Part shown: piece after piece, positions 19,806-29,023 of the stretch
How positions within the stretch are numbered: the stretch's first letter is position 1
Layout: every line of letters starts with the position of its first letter
Program-made: the position numbers and the translations under genes
The notes under the pieces: model-generated
Told to the model about the DNA's origin: nothing
The model's input: the letters and a program-made list of their open reading frames with translations, nothing else
Databases searched by the model: none
From: Chloropicon primus
Lineage: Eukaryota
Reading direction: 5' to 3'
Assembly: GCA_023205875.1 (NCBI GenBank)
Contig: CP060759.1
Coordinates: forward strand, 496,001 to 560,000
DNA: 64,000 nt

Positions 19806-20162
19806 CTAATCGATGTGCTTGTCGATGGCCAAGCCCCTAGCGTTGAGCTCTGCTTCGTACCTCAAGTAGTCCCGCTTCAGGAGCTCCCTCAAACGCTCTT
19901 TCCTCAAGATTTTCACCGACTTGTTCGCCATTCCCATCTCCACAACCATCTCAGAGTGCTCGTCGAAGACGCTCTTTCCCAGGTCAACGTCCTCTTGAAA
20001 GTTCACCTCCAAGTTACGAATCCTGCTCTTCTGGTATTGCTTCTCGTGCCAACTGCACACAATATTTGTCTTGCGAACATCTGTGTCGTACTCCTCCGCT
20101 GCAGCATACTTGTCGTTAATGCCCACCAGGCGAATGATATTCAAAGGTTGAACGGTTCCCAT
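19806..20162 (-). CDS. Small ciliary microtubule-inner-protein-like (CFAP141/C1orf189-like)
   Basis: 118 aa. The C-terminus EMGMANKSVKILRKERLRELLKRDYLRYEAELNARGLAI resembles the recalled CFAP141 C-terminal signature. Confidence 0.55.
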   Translation of the reverse strand: MGTVQPLNIIRLVGINDKYAAAEEYDTDVRKTNIVCSWHEKQYQKSRIRNLEVNFQEDVDLGKSVFDEHSEMVVEMGMANKSVKILRKERLRELLKRDYLRYEAELNARGLAIDKHID

Positions 20163-21031
20163 CGTAAGCTTTGTCCGTGACCACCCAAGTACTCAAGGCT
20201 CAATTCGAGACCCTCCACCAAGTCCGTCTCTCTCTCTCTCTCTGTTCCCCTTTTCCAGTGCTCGACACACACCCCTCGTCGTGTTCCTTGTTTCTCTCTC
20301 CTCTCCCTCTCCCCTTTATCCTCGAACCAGCGTAACCACCGAAAGGTCTTCAGTTCCTCTTACGTTTGGCTTGCTCCTCCAACCGTCTAGGCCTCTTCCT
20401 CGCCTTGCACTTGCTCTGCAAACCTCCGCACTCGCGTCACCTCTTTGGCTTCCCTCTCGTCCCTTCTCGTTTGAAACGTTGACCACCTTGTCCATGGGAT
20501 CAGAGCACCAAGATGGAATTACCACAGGAACAGGGAGGGATAAAAACCCGGATTGAAGCCCAGCGGAGAGAGATAGACTGGGGGAGGGGTTTTAGACGGG
20601 AGTGAGGACCGAGGTGGCGCAAGCAACCAACGAGAAAGTGCTTCATTCGAAAGAGCGTCTCTCGAGCTTTCCAAAGAGCCCTCGCTTGAGCCATTTGGTG
20701 CGCCAGAAGAGGACCAAGGCGGGGACCAAGATCCTGTGGAGGACAAGCTGAAAGGAAGGGGCAGGGGGATTGTTTGACGGAGTGAGGGACCAAGACGGTC
20801 GCCAGAGGGAGCGAAAGCTTTGCCACACGACAGTTCGCCTCACGGGCTTGGCACTGGCAAGCCTCACTGGAAGCGTTGGCTTCCCTTGGACTGGGGAGGG
20901 AGGCGAAGAGGGGTGAGCAGGGGGAAGGGAGCTGAAGCTGAAAGCTGAAGCTGAAGAGAGTTTGAGGGAGGAGTTGGCACTTGTGCTTGCGTGCTCGCGT
21001 GCTTGGTGTGGTACTGAGGTGAGAGGTCGGG

Positions 21032-21745
21032 ATGGACGACGAGACGGCGTTCCAGGACAGGGGTGTGGACGCCATAGTGGCGGAGTTCGACACGTATGAG
21101 GACTATCTGGACAAGCAGATAACGACGACGGATTTGTATTATTTAGAGGATATTGAGCTTGCACGGCAGCTGGTGGAGTTGGGGTACCGTGGAACGGGAG
21201 AGATACTGAAGAGGGAGGACTTTGAGGAAAGGAAGGAAGCTGCTGAGAGGGCCCGAAGGCAGAAGCTGCTGAACAGGCCCAAGACACTGTATAGCGCGAA
21301 CAAGAACCTCGAGGACCACGCTCTGCTTCAGGCTCTGGCTCTGAGGGAGGAGCCCGTGAGAAGCGGAAAGCTTGTCACAATTGTATTCATTAGGGACAAA
21401 AACAGCAAGGGGCAGGAGATCTCGGGGTACATAGACTTTGCCCACAGGCTTCAGACGGAGAACCTCGAGCTTGTTTTCGACGGGAAGAAGCGTTTGCTTC
21501 CAAAGCCTTCGGACCTGAGCTTCTACAATTGGGAGACCCAGACCTCCACCTCGAGCCCCACGCCCAACTTCCAGGTCATCGCAGACAGTGAAGTGGGCTT
21601 GCTCTTCAAGAACAAGAGGGATAGGAAGCTCGTCAACGTGGACCCCAATGCCCCACCTTCAGATAACACGACGAGAACTGAGATTGAGACGGATGAGTAC
21701 CTGCAGGTAGTCCTCTACGACCACATCACTCGAAGGCGGACCTGA
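21032..21745 (+). CDS. CFAP299: Cilia- and flagella-associated protein 299 (C4orf22/DUF4464)
   Basis: FDTYEDYLD...DLYYLEDIELARQLVELGYRG, GQEISGYIDFAHRL, DLSFYNW and GLLFKNKRDRK motifs; 237 aa. Confidence 0.88.
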   Translation: MDDETAFQDRGVDAIVAEFDTYEDYLDKQITTTDLYYLEDIELARQLVELGYRGTGEILKREDFEERKEAAERARRQKLLNRPKTLYSANKNLEDHALLQALALREEPVRSGKLVTIVFIRDKNSKGQEISGYIDFAHRLQTENLELVFDGKKRLLPKPSDLSFYNWETQTSTSSPTPNFQVIADSEVGLLFKNKRDRKLVNVDPNAPPSDNTTRTEIETDEYLQVVLYDHITRRRT

Positions 21746-21807
21746 GAGAGAAAAAATTGTATTTTTTTATACAATAATAGTTGTTACACAAGTTAGGAGG
21801 CAGGAAT

Positions 21808-23062
21808 TCAGATATCCTCCCACTCGACGTCGTCCTCCTCGTCGTTATTCTCCTCGACCTTGACCTCTTCGACCTTCACTGGCTTCTCCGGCTCCACCTT
21901 CACCCTCTTCGCCGGTGGCTGCTCCTCGCTCCCCCTGCTGTCCTCCGCCTTTGCCCTCTTTGCCTCTGGCTCGTCAGCAATCTTCGGCGCCCCTCGCTCC
22001 TGATACCCGAGCCTCATCCACGGCGGAAGCTCCTTTGGCTTGCTCACCACCGTTGGTTCCAAAATATCGTCGCCCTCCTCTTCTATGTCAATATCGATCA
22101 CAAGGTTCTCCGCCTGGTCAAGGATATCGGTGTCGCCGTTCTGCTTCGCCTCCCTGATCTTGGCCTGCGCCTGCGCCCACTCCTGCAAGGTGCCAAAGTA
22201 AGGCGCAGGGAACGGCTTGAGCCTGAAAGGGGGAACGAGAAGAACAAAGTCAGCACAAACCTATCCCCTCCGTGCCAGCAGAAAGTGACGTACCTGTTCA
22301 GCAGGTCTCCAAAGGGCTGCAGCTCCTTCTCAAACGTCTTGGACAGCTCCTTCTGCTTCTCCTTCTGCCCGCTCTCGTCCGATTGATTGCTGAAGAGGCG
22401 AGTAAGGGAAGCTGTCAGCACAAAGGAAGAGGCGAAAGAATCCTCTGAAGAAGAAGAAGAAAAGTGCGAACACAGCTTACCCATCTTCCAGTGTGGCCTC
22501 ACAATCCTCGCACAGAAACATGAAATCAGCACCCACTTCCAGCGTGGATGTCTCCAACGCAGAGTACTTCTTCCCGCAGTCGGGACACACCAGCACCGCC
22601 AACTTGCTCTCCTCCTCCTCGCCCTTGAGGTACCTCCTCACCAAGTGGAACTTGAGCCTGCAGGTGTCCACCATACTCTTGTAGTCGAGACAGCAGTAAG
22701 ACTGCGAGTTGCTGCCGAACCGCCCGACCTCCTTGTCCTTGAGGACCACCCTCGACACGATGAGATCCTTCTGGAGCTCACGCAACACTTTGTGGACCTG
22801 ACGCGGCGCCAGGCCCAACTCCTTGGCGAGAAGCTCCTCCTTGGCCCACTCGTGTCGAGTCAAGAGGTTCAGCAAAAGCGCTGGGGACAAAATCGAGAAA
22901 ACCGAGAACGAGAACGAACCGCAGGTCGAGTCAGAGAAAGGCGAGTCGAAGGAAAGGGGGCCAGCGCGCATGCTTACCGTGGACGCTCTTCCTCCCATAG
23001 AACAACCGAGCCACCTCCCGCGTCAGCTTCGCGTACTCCAGCTCTATCTCCCCGTGGTTCAT
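21808..23062 (-). CDS. GTF2E1: General transcription factor IIE subunit alpha (multi-exon; internal boundaries approximate)
   Basis: Exon 1 MNHGEIELEYAKLTREVARLFYG, winged helix WAKEELLAKELGL, zinc ribbon CPDC...YSALE...FLCEDC, then KELPPWM and the acidic end DDVEWEDI. Confidence 0.85.
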
Positions 23063-23225
23063 CGCGCCCGGTGAGAACTTGCTTGCTGATCTGCTTGATC
23101 ATCAGACCTGACAGAGGGAGGGAGAGGGAGAAGGGACACTGAATGAATGAATGAATGAATGAATGAATGTCGGTGGACGTGAGGGGTAGGTATACATTGC
23201 AAAAGCTTAGGTGCGACAAGGATAT

Positions 23226-26200
23226 TCAAAGCTTGCTTCGCTTGGAAGAAGCCCGAGGGCGCCCCCCCTTCCTCTTCTTCCCGGCCCGCCGGCTCGAACT
23301 CTCTAGTTTGAGTTCCTGGAACCACTCTATCTTTCCGTCGTTGTTGAAGTTGTAGTCAAAGAAGAGCTCCTCCATCGGTGCGATGTCCCTCAAAGCAAAG
23401 ATCCCGAGCCTCTTGTCACCGCGCACAATGAAATTCTTTGGGGTGCAGTTCGCTTGCACCCCTCTGTTGGTCGGCGGATGGTTGATGAATTTGGACTTCG
23501 CTCCCAACCTCAGGGCATCGACCGTGGGGTGGGAATCAAGGCCCGAGGCCAAGTCGAAGAGGAAAGTGGTCCCAACGGCCTTGTCATCGTACAGTGCCCC
23601 CCTTCTGTCTGCTTCTTTCGTCGGAATCCTCTCTCCCGTGTATTCGCAGATGAACTGGTTCTTCTTGACGCCATCCTTCACGAAGAGCCCCCAGCCTTGC
23701 ACGTCCGACTTCCCCACGAGGGTTTTCACGTGGGACCACGTTTGCATCTTTCTGTTGAAGCAGCCCGTGGGCCCAGTGTCGCACTTCCTGCACCCGGTGC
23801 AATTGCAGGTATCCGGGTCGCACTCAGAGCCCCTCGCGAAACAGGGGCAAGCGTTAGTCTTGCAATGGCCTTGCTGAGCCTTGCAGTTGCAGCCCTCGTA
23901 CTTGTACTTGCAGTAATCGTTGACGTCCTGTTCCAGAATCTGCATGACCTGCTGCTTCTTATAGTTCTTCCTTTTCCTTCCTGCTTTCTTCTTTGGTTTC
24001 ACAACCTTGACCGATGGGCTCTCCACATGAAGCTTTTCTTCTTGCTTGCACTTGTGCGTCAAATAGTTGCGAATCGCTTTGCAAGGAAGCTGCAAAATTT
24101 TGCTCACCTTGCAGCAATCGCTCTCGTAGATAGAACCAAGAAGCACGCACTGCTCTTTCCAATTCGATGGAGCATCGGCTGGCATATCACTGGATTGGTT
24201 TGTGTTCGCAGAAGTGCCCTCTTGCTGCCTTCCTGTTTCCCCCTCCGCAGAGTCCTCCCAAGTGTGCAAGCAGCAGTCACCACTGCATGGGCTAAGCGGC
24301 TTCACCGGGGCTAGCATTCGCTTTGTGGGAAGCCCCTTTTCAATCAAAAATTCGTTTCCCAGAATGGTTTCTCTGTCGTAGATGCAGCTTTCTTGTGCAT
24401 CAAGCCCCTTGTGAATCAAACAATTGAAGATGTGACACCGCTTGCAATAGATGCTTCTCAGTCTGGGATAAGTATCAAAGCTGTAAGCGGGCCCGCTTTC
24501 TTTGGGCCTCTCATGGGGTATCATCCCCGGGATCACACTCTCCTTCATCGCATAGTAAGCGATAATGTTGTCCTCCACCCAGTCGTGCAAAACGTCGATA
24601 ACGTGTTGAGATCTCCCATGCTCTTCGATTGCTTTGAGAACTAGATACTTGATGCATTGACGCTCTTCCAAGTCTGGCAAATAGGACAGTGAATCGTGCT
24701 GGTCGATGTAGCCTGACAAGGGCTGGCTATCGTCACCGAGATGCGGCATGAACTCAAATTCTTCCACCCGCTCTCCCAAAATGTTCTTCTTTGTCAAGAC
24801 CCAAGAAGTCGACTTTGGGATTTCCAAGCTCTCGTCGACCTTAAACTTTGTTCTGATGCAGCAATCAAATGACTTTTTGGACAACTCCTCCACGGCGGCA
24901 TTTTCGGTGACTGGATTTGCCGCTTTGTGGAGATGGTCTCCCAGCCTGCTTCGTAACAGTTTCTTCTTCCGCGCAATTTGTGCCATCACGCCTGTCCGAT
25001 TGTGTTCGAGAATGGACTCACAATTCTCCTTCCTCGCGACCACCATCTCTTTCTCCTTGTACTCCTTGTACCAACGATGCAGCTCCGCCTTGAGTCTGCC
25101 CCTGTTTAACTTGGAACAAGAAGGGCCCGACATTAGAGTATCACTCTTTTCGTGAGGGCCGCCTGAGTAGCCAAGATCATCCTCGTGCTCCACCTTAATG
25201 CCCCGATGCCCCTCGTGAAGCCCGTCCTTTGCGTCTGACCTTTTCGAAGTAGAGGGCGAATGATCCCTTCTCTCCGGGCTAGCAGGGTGAGAATGCCCCT
25301 CTGACACCGTTACCGTGGACGATGCATCTCTTTTCATGCGATCGGCAAAGCCATTAAACCTCAGCCTGAGTCTCTGCTCGCGCCTTTCTTCAGGCTTAAT
25401 TTTACGACTCGGGCGATGTTTAGAGACCCCCTCTGCTGTTACCAAACTCTTCGTCCTTTCAAGCAGACCTTTCGTACCCGTCTTGAATTTCTTCGCTCTA
25501 AAAAAATCGTACTCAGTGTCCGAGTCCCACGTGTCGTACACAGAACCCAAGTCAGGCCCATCCCCGTTCGTCTGGCCACTGCTATCGTCCCGAACCTTGA
25601 TGAAATCGTCAACAACGTTCTTGACACCACCGACGACGCTTGGTGGCGGAGTCTCTCTTGACTCGTTTTCCATCTCCTTTTTTCCTGTTGTCTTCAACGT
25701 CTTCACCATCGCGTTCAGCAGGCCTTTGCACCGTTTTCCCTGCCGCCCTTGCTTCTGCACGACAGGAGGCTCCACGACAGGAGGCTCCACGACAGGAGGC
25801 TCCACGACAGGAGGCTCCACGACAGGAGGCTCCACGACAGGAGGCTCCACGACAGGAGGCTCCACGACAGGCGCCTGTCCTTCCGAGGCAGATGAAAGGG
25901 ATATGACTGAGATCGCAGCTCCCGAAAGTTGAGGAGAAGTATTCTGGAAGCATCCTGCATTCCTGCTAGGGAAGGGGCTCGTCAATTCCACGCCCCCAGC
26001 CCCCGCGTCGCCTCCCCCGCTCTCCCCGTGTTCTGAAGGCAGCCAGCCGGAGCCCTTCTCGCTGTCAGTAATGACAACCTCGGCGGAAGTTTGTTTTGCT
26101 TTCGAGTGCTTCCTCGAAGCATTCTGTATCTTCAAAGCCACTGCCGAGCGGGACGGTAGCATCGCCCGAGGCATGCTATTCATCCCTCCCCTCCCTTGGG

Positions 26201-26360
26201 TCCCTCCCTCCCCCACCTCATCCACCAAGATGGGGTGTCTCACCCCGCGCCTCCTTACCCTCATCGTCCCCCTCCTGTCCCTTCTATTTGGGCGGGAGCC
26301 TGACAGGAGGATCATCCTCGACATCGAGGGGAGGGATAGGATGGGATGGGGCGTGATCAT
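23226..26360 (-). CDS. Enhancer of zeste / CURLY LEAF-like H3K27 methyltransferase (PRC2 catalytic subunit); start uncertain (26360, 26264 or later)
   Basis: YCKRCHIFNCLIH, a Cys-rich CXC domain (GCNC...CPCF...ECDPDTC) and a SET domain GWGLF...EYTGE...EADRRGALYD...FLFDL...ELFFDY. Confidence 0.88.
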   Translation of the reverse strand: MITPHPILSLPSMSRMILLSGSRPNRRDRRGTMRVRRRGVRHPILVDEVGEGGTQGRGGMNSMPRAMLPSRSAVALKIQNASRKHSKAKQTSAEVVITDSEKGSGWLPSEHGESGGGDAGAGGVELTSPFPSRNAGCFQNTSPQLSGAAISVISLSSASEGQAPVVEPPVVEPPVVEPPVVEPPVVEPPVVEPPVVEPPVVQKQGRQGKRCKGLLNAMVKTLKTTGKKEMENESRETPPPSVVGGVKNVVDDFIKVRDDSSGQTNGDGPDLGSVYDTWDSDTEYDFFRAKKFKTGTKGLLERTKSLVTAEGVSKHRPSRKIKPEERREQRLRLRFNGFADRMKRDASSTVTVSEGHSHPASPERRDHSPSTSKRSDAKDGLHEGHRGIKVEHEDDLGYSGGPHEKSDTLMSGPSCSKLNRGRLKAELHRWYKEYKEKEMVVARKENCESILEHNRTGVMAQIARKKKLLRSRLGDHLHKAANPVTENAAVEELSKKSFDCCIRTKFKVDESLEIPKSTSWVLTKKNILGERVEEFEFMPHLGDDSQPLSGYIDQHDSLSYLPDLEERQCIKYLVLKAIEEHGRSQHVIDVLHDWVEDNIIAYYAMKESVIPGMIPHERPKESGPAYSFDTYPRLRSIYCKRCHIFNCLIHKGLDAQESCIYDRETILGNEFLIEKGLPTKRMLAPVKPLSPCSGDCCLHTWEDSAEGETGRQQEGTSANTNQSSDMPADAPSNWKEQCVLLGSIYESDCCKVSKILQLPCKAIRNYLTHKCKQEEKLHVESPSVKVVKPKKKAGRKRKNYKKQQVMQILEQDVNDYCKYKYEGCNCKAQQGHCKTNACPCFARGSECDPDTCNCTGCRKCDTGPTGCFNRKMQTWSHVKTLVGKSDVQGWGLFVKDGVKKNQFICEYTGERIPTKEADRRGALYDDKAVGTTFLFDLASGLDSHPTVDALRLGAKSKFINHPPTNRGVQANCTPKNFIVRGDKRLGIFALRDIAPMEELFFDYNFNNDGKIEWFQELKLESSSRRAGKKRKGGRPRASSKRSKL
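25758..25871. repeat. Perfect 15-bp coding minisatellite (CACGACAGGAGGCTC, 7 full copies plus a partial) encoding (PVVEP)n in E(z)
   Basis: Read directly from the sequence. Confidence 0.97.
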
Positions 26361-26389
26361 CCATCAATCGATCTGTGCTTGTGCTTGTG

Positions 26390-26427
<38 letters not shown>

Positions 26428-26620
26428 AAGAGAGCTTTCCTGGGACATCACTAATGTTTTGGGTCTGCAGTCTGCTTCGATTGTCCAGCCAAGAACGGAC
26501 AAGGGAGGCGTGGGAGGCAAGCGAATTAGGCGGGATGATATGATCAGATATCAGAAAATCCTTCATTATTATAAAGGAAGGGTCTTATTGTACAGAAGAG
26601 GACTTCGGATTCATCACAAA

Positions 26621-28522
26621 TTATACCACGTCCCAAACTCTGTAACGACCTTGACGGCCAACACGACTACCAGAAGCTCTGAAACCAAACCGCCGGTACA
26701 CCAAGTAGGAAACAGTAACAAAGGTGATGCCAAAGATCATGATGCTGTAAGATCCCAGCATGAACGAGTAGCTGCTTGAGGCAGTGCGGCTTATCATCAC
26801 TTTCTTCTTCAAGTCCTCCACTACGGAAGTCGTTGAGGGAACGCCGTTACTGACGTTTATTGACGGCTTTCCTTCGCTTGATCCCCCCGCTGTTCTGGCT
26901 TGTTTTGCTCCAGACACATGGTCCCCCATTTCGGTCGAGGGAGCGGAATCCTCCTCGTCCCAGTCCTCCTCCTCCTGCAAAGTAGGCATGATCAAAGTCG
27001 GAGTGCTCGCCATCGCGTTCGCCACGAAGGAGGACCTCTCCAGCTTGTCCCCACGACCCAAAGCAAGGTCGCTAAGACCCCTCATCGCGTTGACGTGGGA
27101 CTCGGTCAGTCCGCAAGTGTTGGGCTCGGGAAGCGACGCAACCTCCTCAGAAAACTTATCTGCGGGACTCCGGATGCCGGGAATGAGGCCCTGGTGCAAG
27201 TGAGTGATGTGCTCCAAGGCCATACCTGTCCAGTTCCTCACGTACTCCTTCAGCTCGTCCTTTTCGATGGGATTGTAAGTCTCCATGCAGTTCTTGTATG
27301 AAGCGAACCAGTTGCCAGCAATCTCCCAAGTCTCCGCGGAGGGAACACCAAAACCCGTGTGAACAAAGTCGTTGTGGGTCCCGTAAGCCACGTACCCAAC
27401 AGCGTGACCACCGGCGCCAACCGTGCATTTGCCATCCATCCAGCGCTGGTTCAACTGGCTCTGCAGCTTCACCTCTGCGAGACTGGCAGCAGTGTTAAGC
27501 ATGATGGGGCTGTAGTCCGGCGGCGAGAACATCCCGTGCATTCCCGAGTGCACGTTCACCACCGCGAGGGGCTCCACAGAATCGTAGACTCGAAACAGCA
27601 ACCTGGTCTCGGGCTCGCTAAGCGCGGCTGGGCCACCGTATTCCTGCTCCAACTGATAGTCTGTTGGCTTAACGTTCCAGTACAAGGGCCAGTTCCGGTT
27701 CGGATCAACGCCCCTGACGTTTGGTCTTTGGCAGATGTTGCTGGGATACTTGGAAACTACCTCCTCATCCAGCAGTTTCACTGTCCTCGGCCCCGGCCCG
27801 TCCTCCGTCTCCACAATGCGCCGAGCGCTCTTGTTTTCACAAGGAACAATGTGAACAACGGTGTCATCCAACGCCTTCAGTACACTGTCCACAAACAACC
27901 TGTCGTTGTCAAAGATGGGAAGCAGGGTCTCCACAGAAGCCTCGGACAAGAGTTTGATAAAGTACTCTCCCACCTCCGTTGTCACAAGCTCGCGACCGTG
28001 CTCGCCGAAAATAAATACAACGCGAAGCTTGCCATCCGTCGGCCTCTTGCGGGGTATCGCCCTCACATTCTCATTGTTCGAAGACCAGTCCTCCTGGTTG
28101 TTGTCCCTCAACCAGTCCAGAACGATGTCGTCGGAGCCTATGCTATTGATGGCCTGCAGAGTGTCGGAGGACAAACCACCGCGCTCGTAAACCACAAGCT
28201 CAAGGTCGGCACGATGAGAGGAGTTGCCCGCCAGGAGGCCATCGGACCTCAGGTTCTGGATGTGCATCTCCTTCGGGTTCCCCTCAACAACCTCGTAGAT
28301 ACGCTTCGTCTGCACGTCAAGCTTGGAATACATATTCTCCCAGTCCGGCTTTGGCAACGTGGTTTCCATCCGCCGCGTTCCTACCTCTGGCATGTCGCAC
28401 TTCAATATTCCAGCTTTATTGAAAGCTTCTCGTGTATTGAACGAGAAGTCTGCATACGCCCCATGGACTGACAGGCAGACCACTGCCACCGCCAATACCA
28501 ACACACCTTGGGATGAAAGCAT
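26621..28522 (-). CDS. M14 zinc carboxypeptidase, type I membrane protein, tandem copy 1
   Basis: Signal peptide, GEHGRE (HxxE), GVDPNRNW, LSEPET, NVHSG and a C-terminal TM helix. Confidence 0.88.
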   Translation of the reverse strand: MLSSQGVLVLAVAVVCLSVHGAYADFSFNTREAFNKAGILKCDMPEVGTRRMETTLPKPDWENMYSKLDVQTKRIYEVVEGNPKEMHIQNLRSDGLLAGNSSHRADLELVVYERGGLSSDTLQAINSIGSDDIVLDWLRDNNQEDWSSNNENVRAIPRKRPTDGKLRVVFIFGEHGRELVTTEVGEYFIKLLSEASVETLLPIFDNDRLFVDSVLKALDDTVVHIVPCENKSARRIVETEDGPGPRTVKLLDEEVVSKYPSNICQRPNVRGVDPNRNWPLYWNVKPTDYQLEQEYGGPAALSEPETRLLFRVYDSVEPLAVVNVHSGMHGMFSPPDYSPIMLNTAASLAEVKLQSQLNQRWMDGKCTVGAGGHAVGYVAYGTHNDFVHTGFGVPSAETWEIAGNWFASYKNCMETYNPIEKDELKEYVRNWTGMALEHITHLHQGLIPGIRSPADKFSEEVASLPEPNTCGLTESHVNAMRGLSDLALGRGDKLERSSFVANAMASTPTLIMPTLQEEEDWDEEDSAPSTEMGDHVSGAKQARTAGGSSEGKPSINVSNGVPSTTSVVEDLKKKVMISRTASSSYSFMLGSYSIMIFGITFVTVSYLVYRRFGFRASGSRVGRQGRYRVWDVV

Positions 28523-29023
28523 GTTGCTCCTCTTCTTTCGCGTCACAAGTGTTCGCGCGGTCAGGTCATTGCTCGATGTGCGTTTCGACTTCGATGGCCA
28601 GCGTTAGTCCTCGCCCCTTCCCCAGTGCCAGCCGCCGAGGTGGTCTCCCCTCCTTCTCTCCTGCTCCTCTCTCTCTGTCTCCTCGAGTTCTGCTCCTTTC
28701 CCACCAAAAATGGTGATGATGGTGGGTGGAGCATCAGATGGCCGAGACAGGGGGGGACGGGGACGGGGACGGGGACGTGATGATGGTGGGCTGCGATGAG
28801 CAATGTGGCAAGGGTCATCCCAGTGAGCCGTGGAGACGCACTCAGATTACCAAAGCTTCGTAACCATGAATTACACGCGCATAAACTTAAATACAACAAA
28901 TATAAATACTCTACTACTTACATCCGGGGGGACGACGACGACGACGTTCACACCGTACCACAGAACGGGAGTGTGACAATTCAGTTTCCTCACGATCACC
29001 ACATCCTGCAATCATGTATGCAA

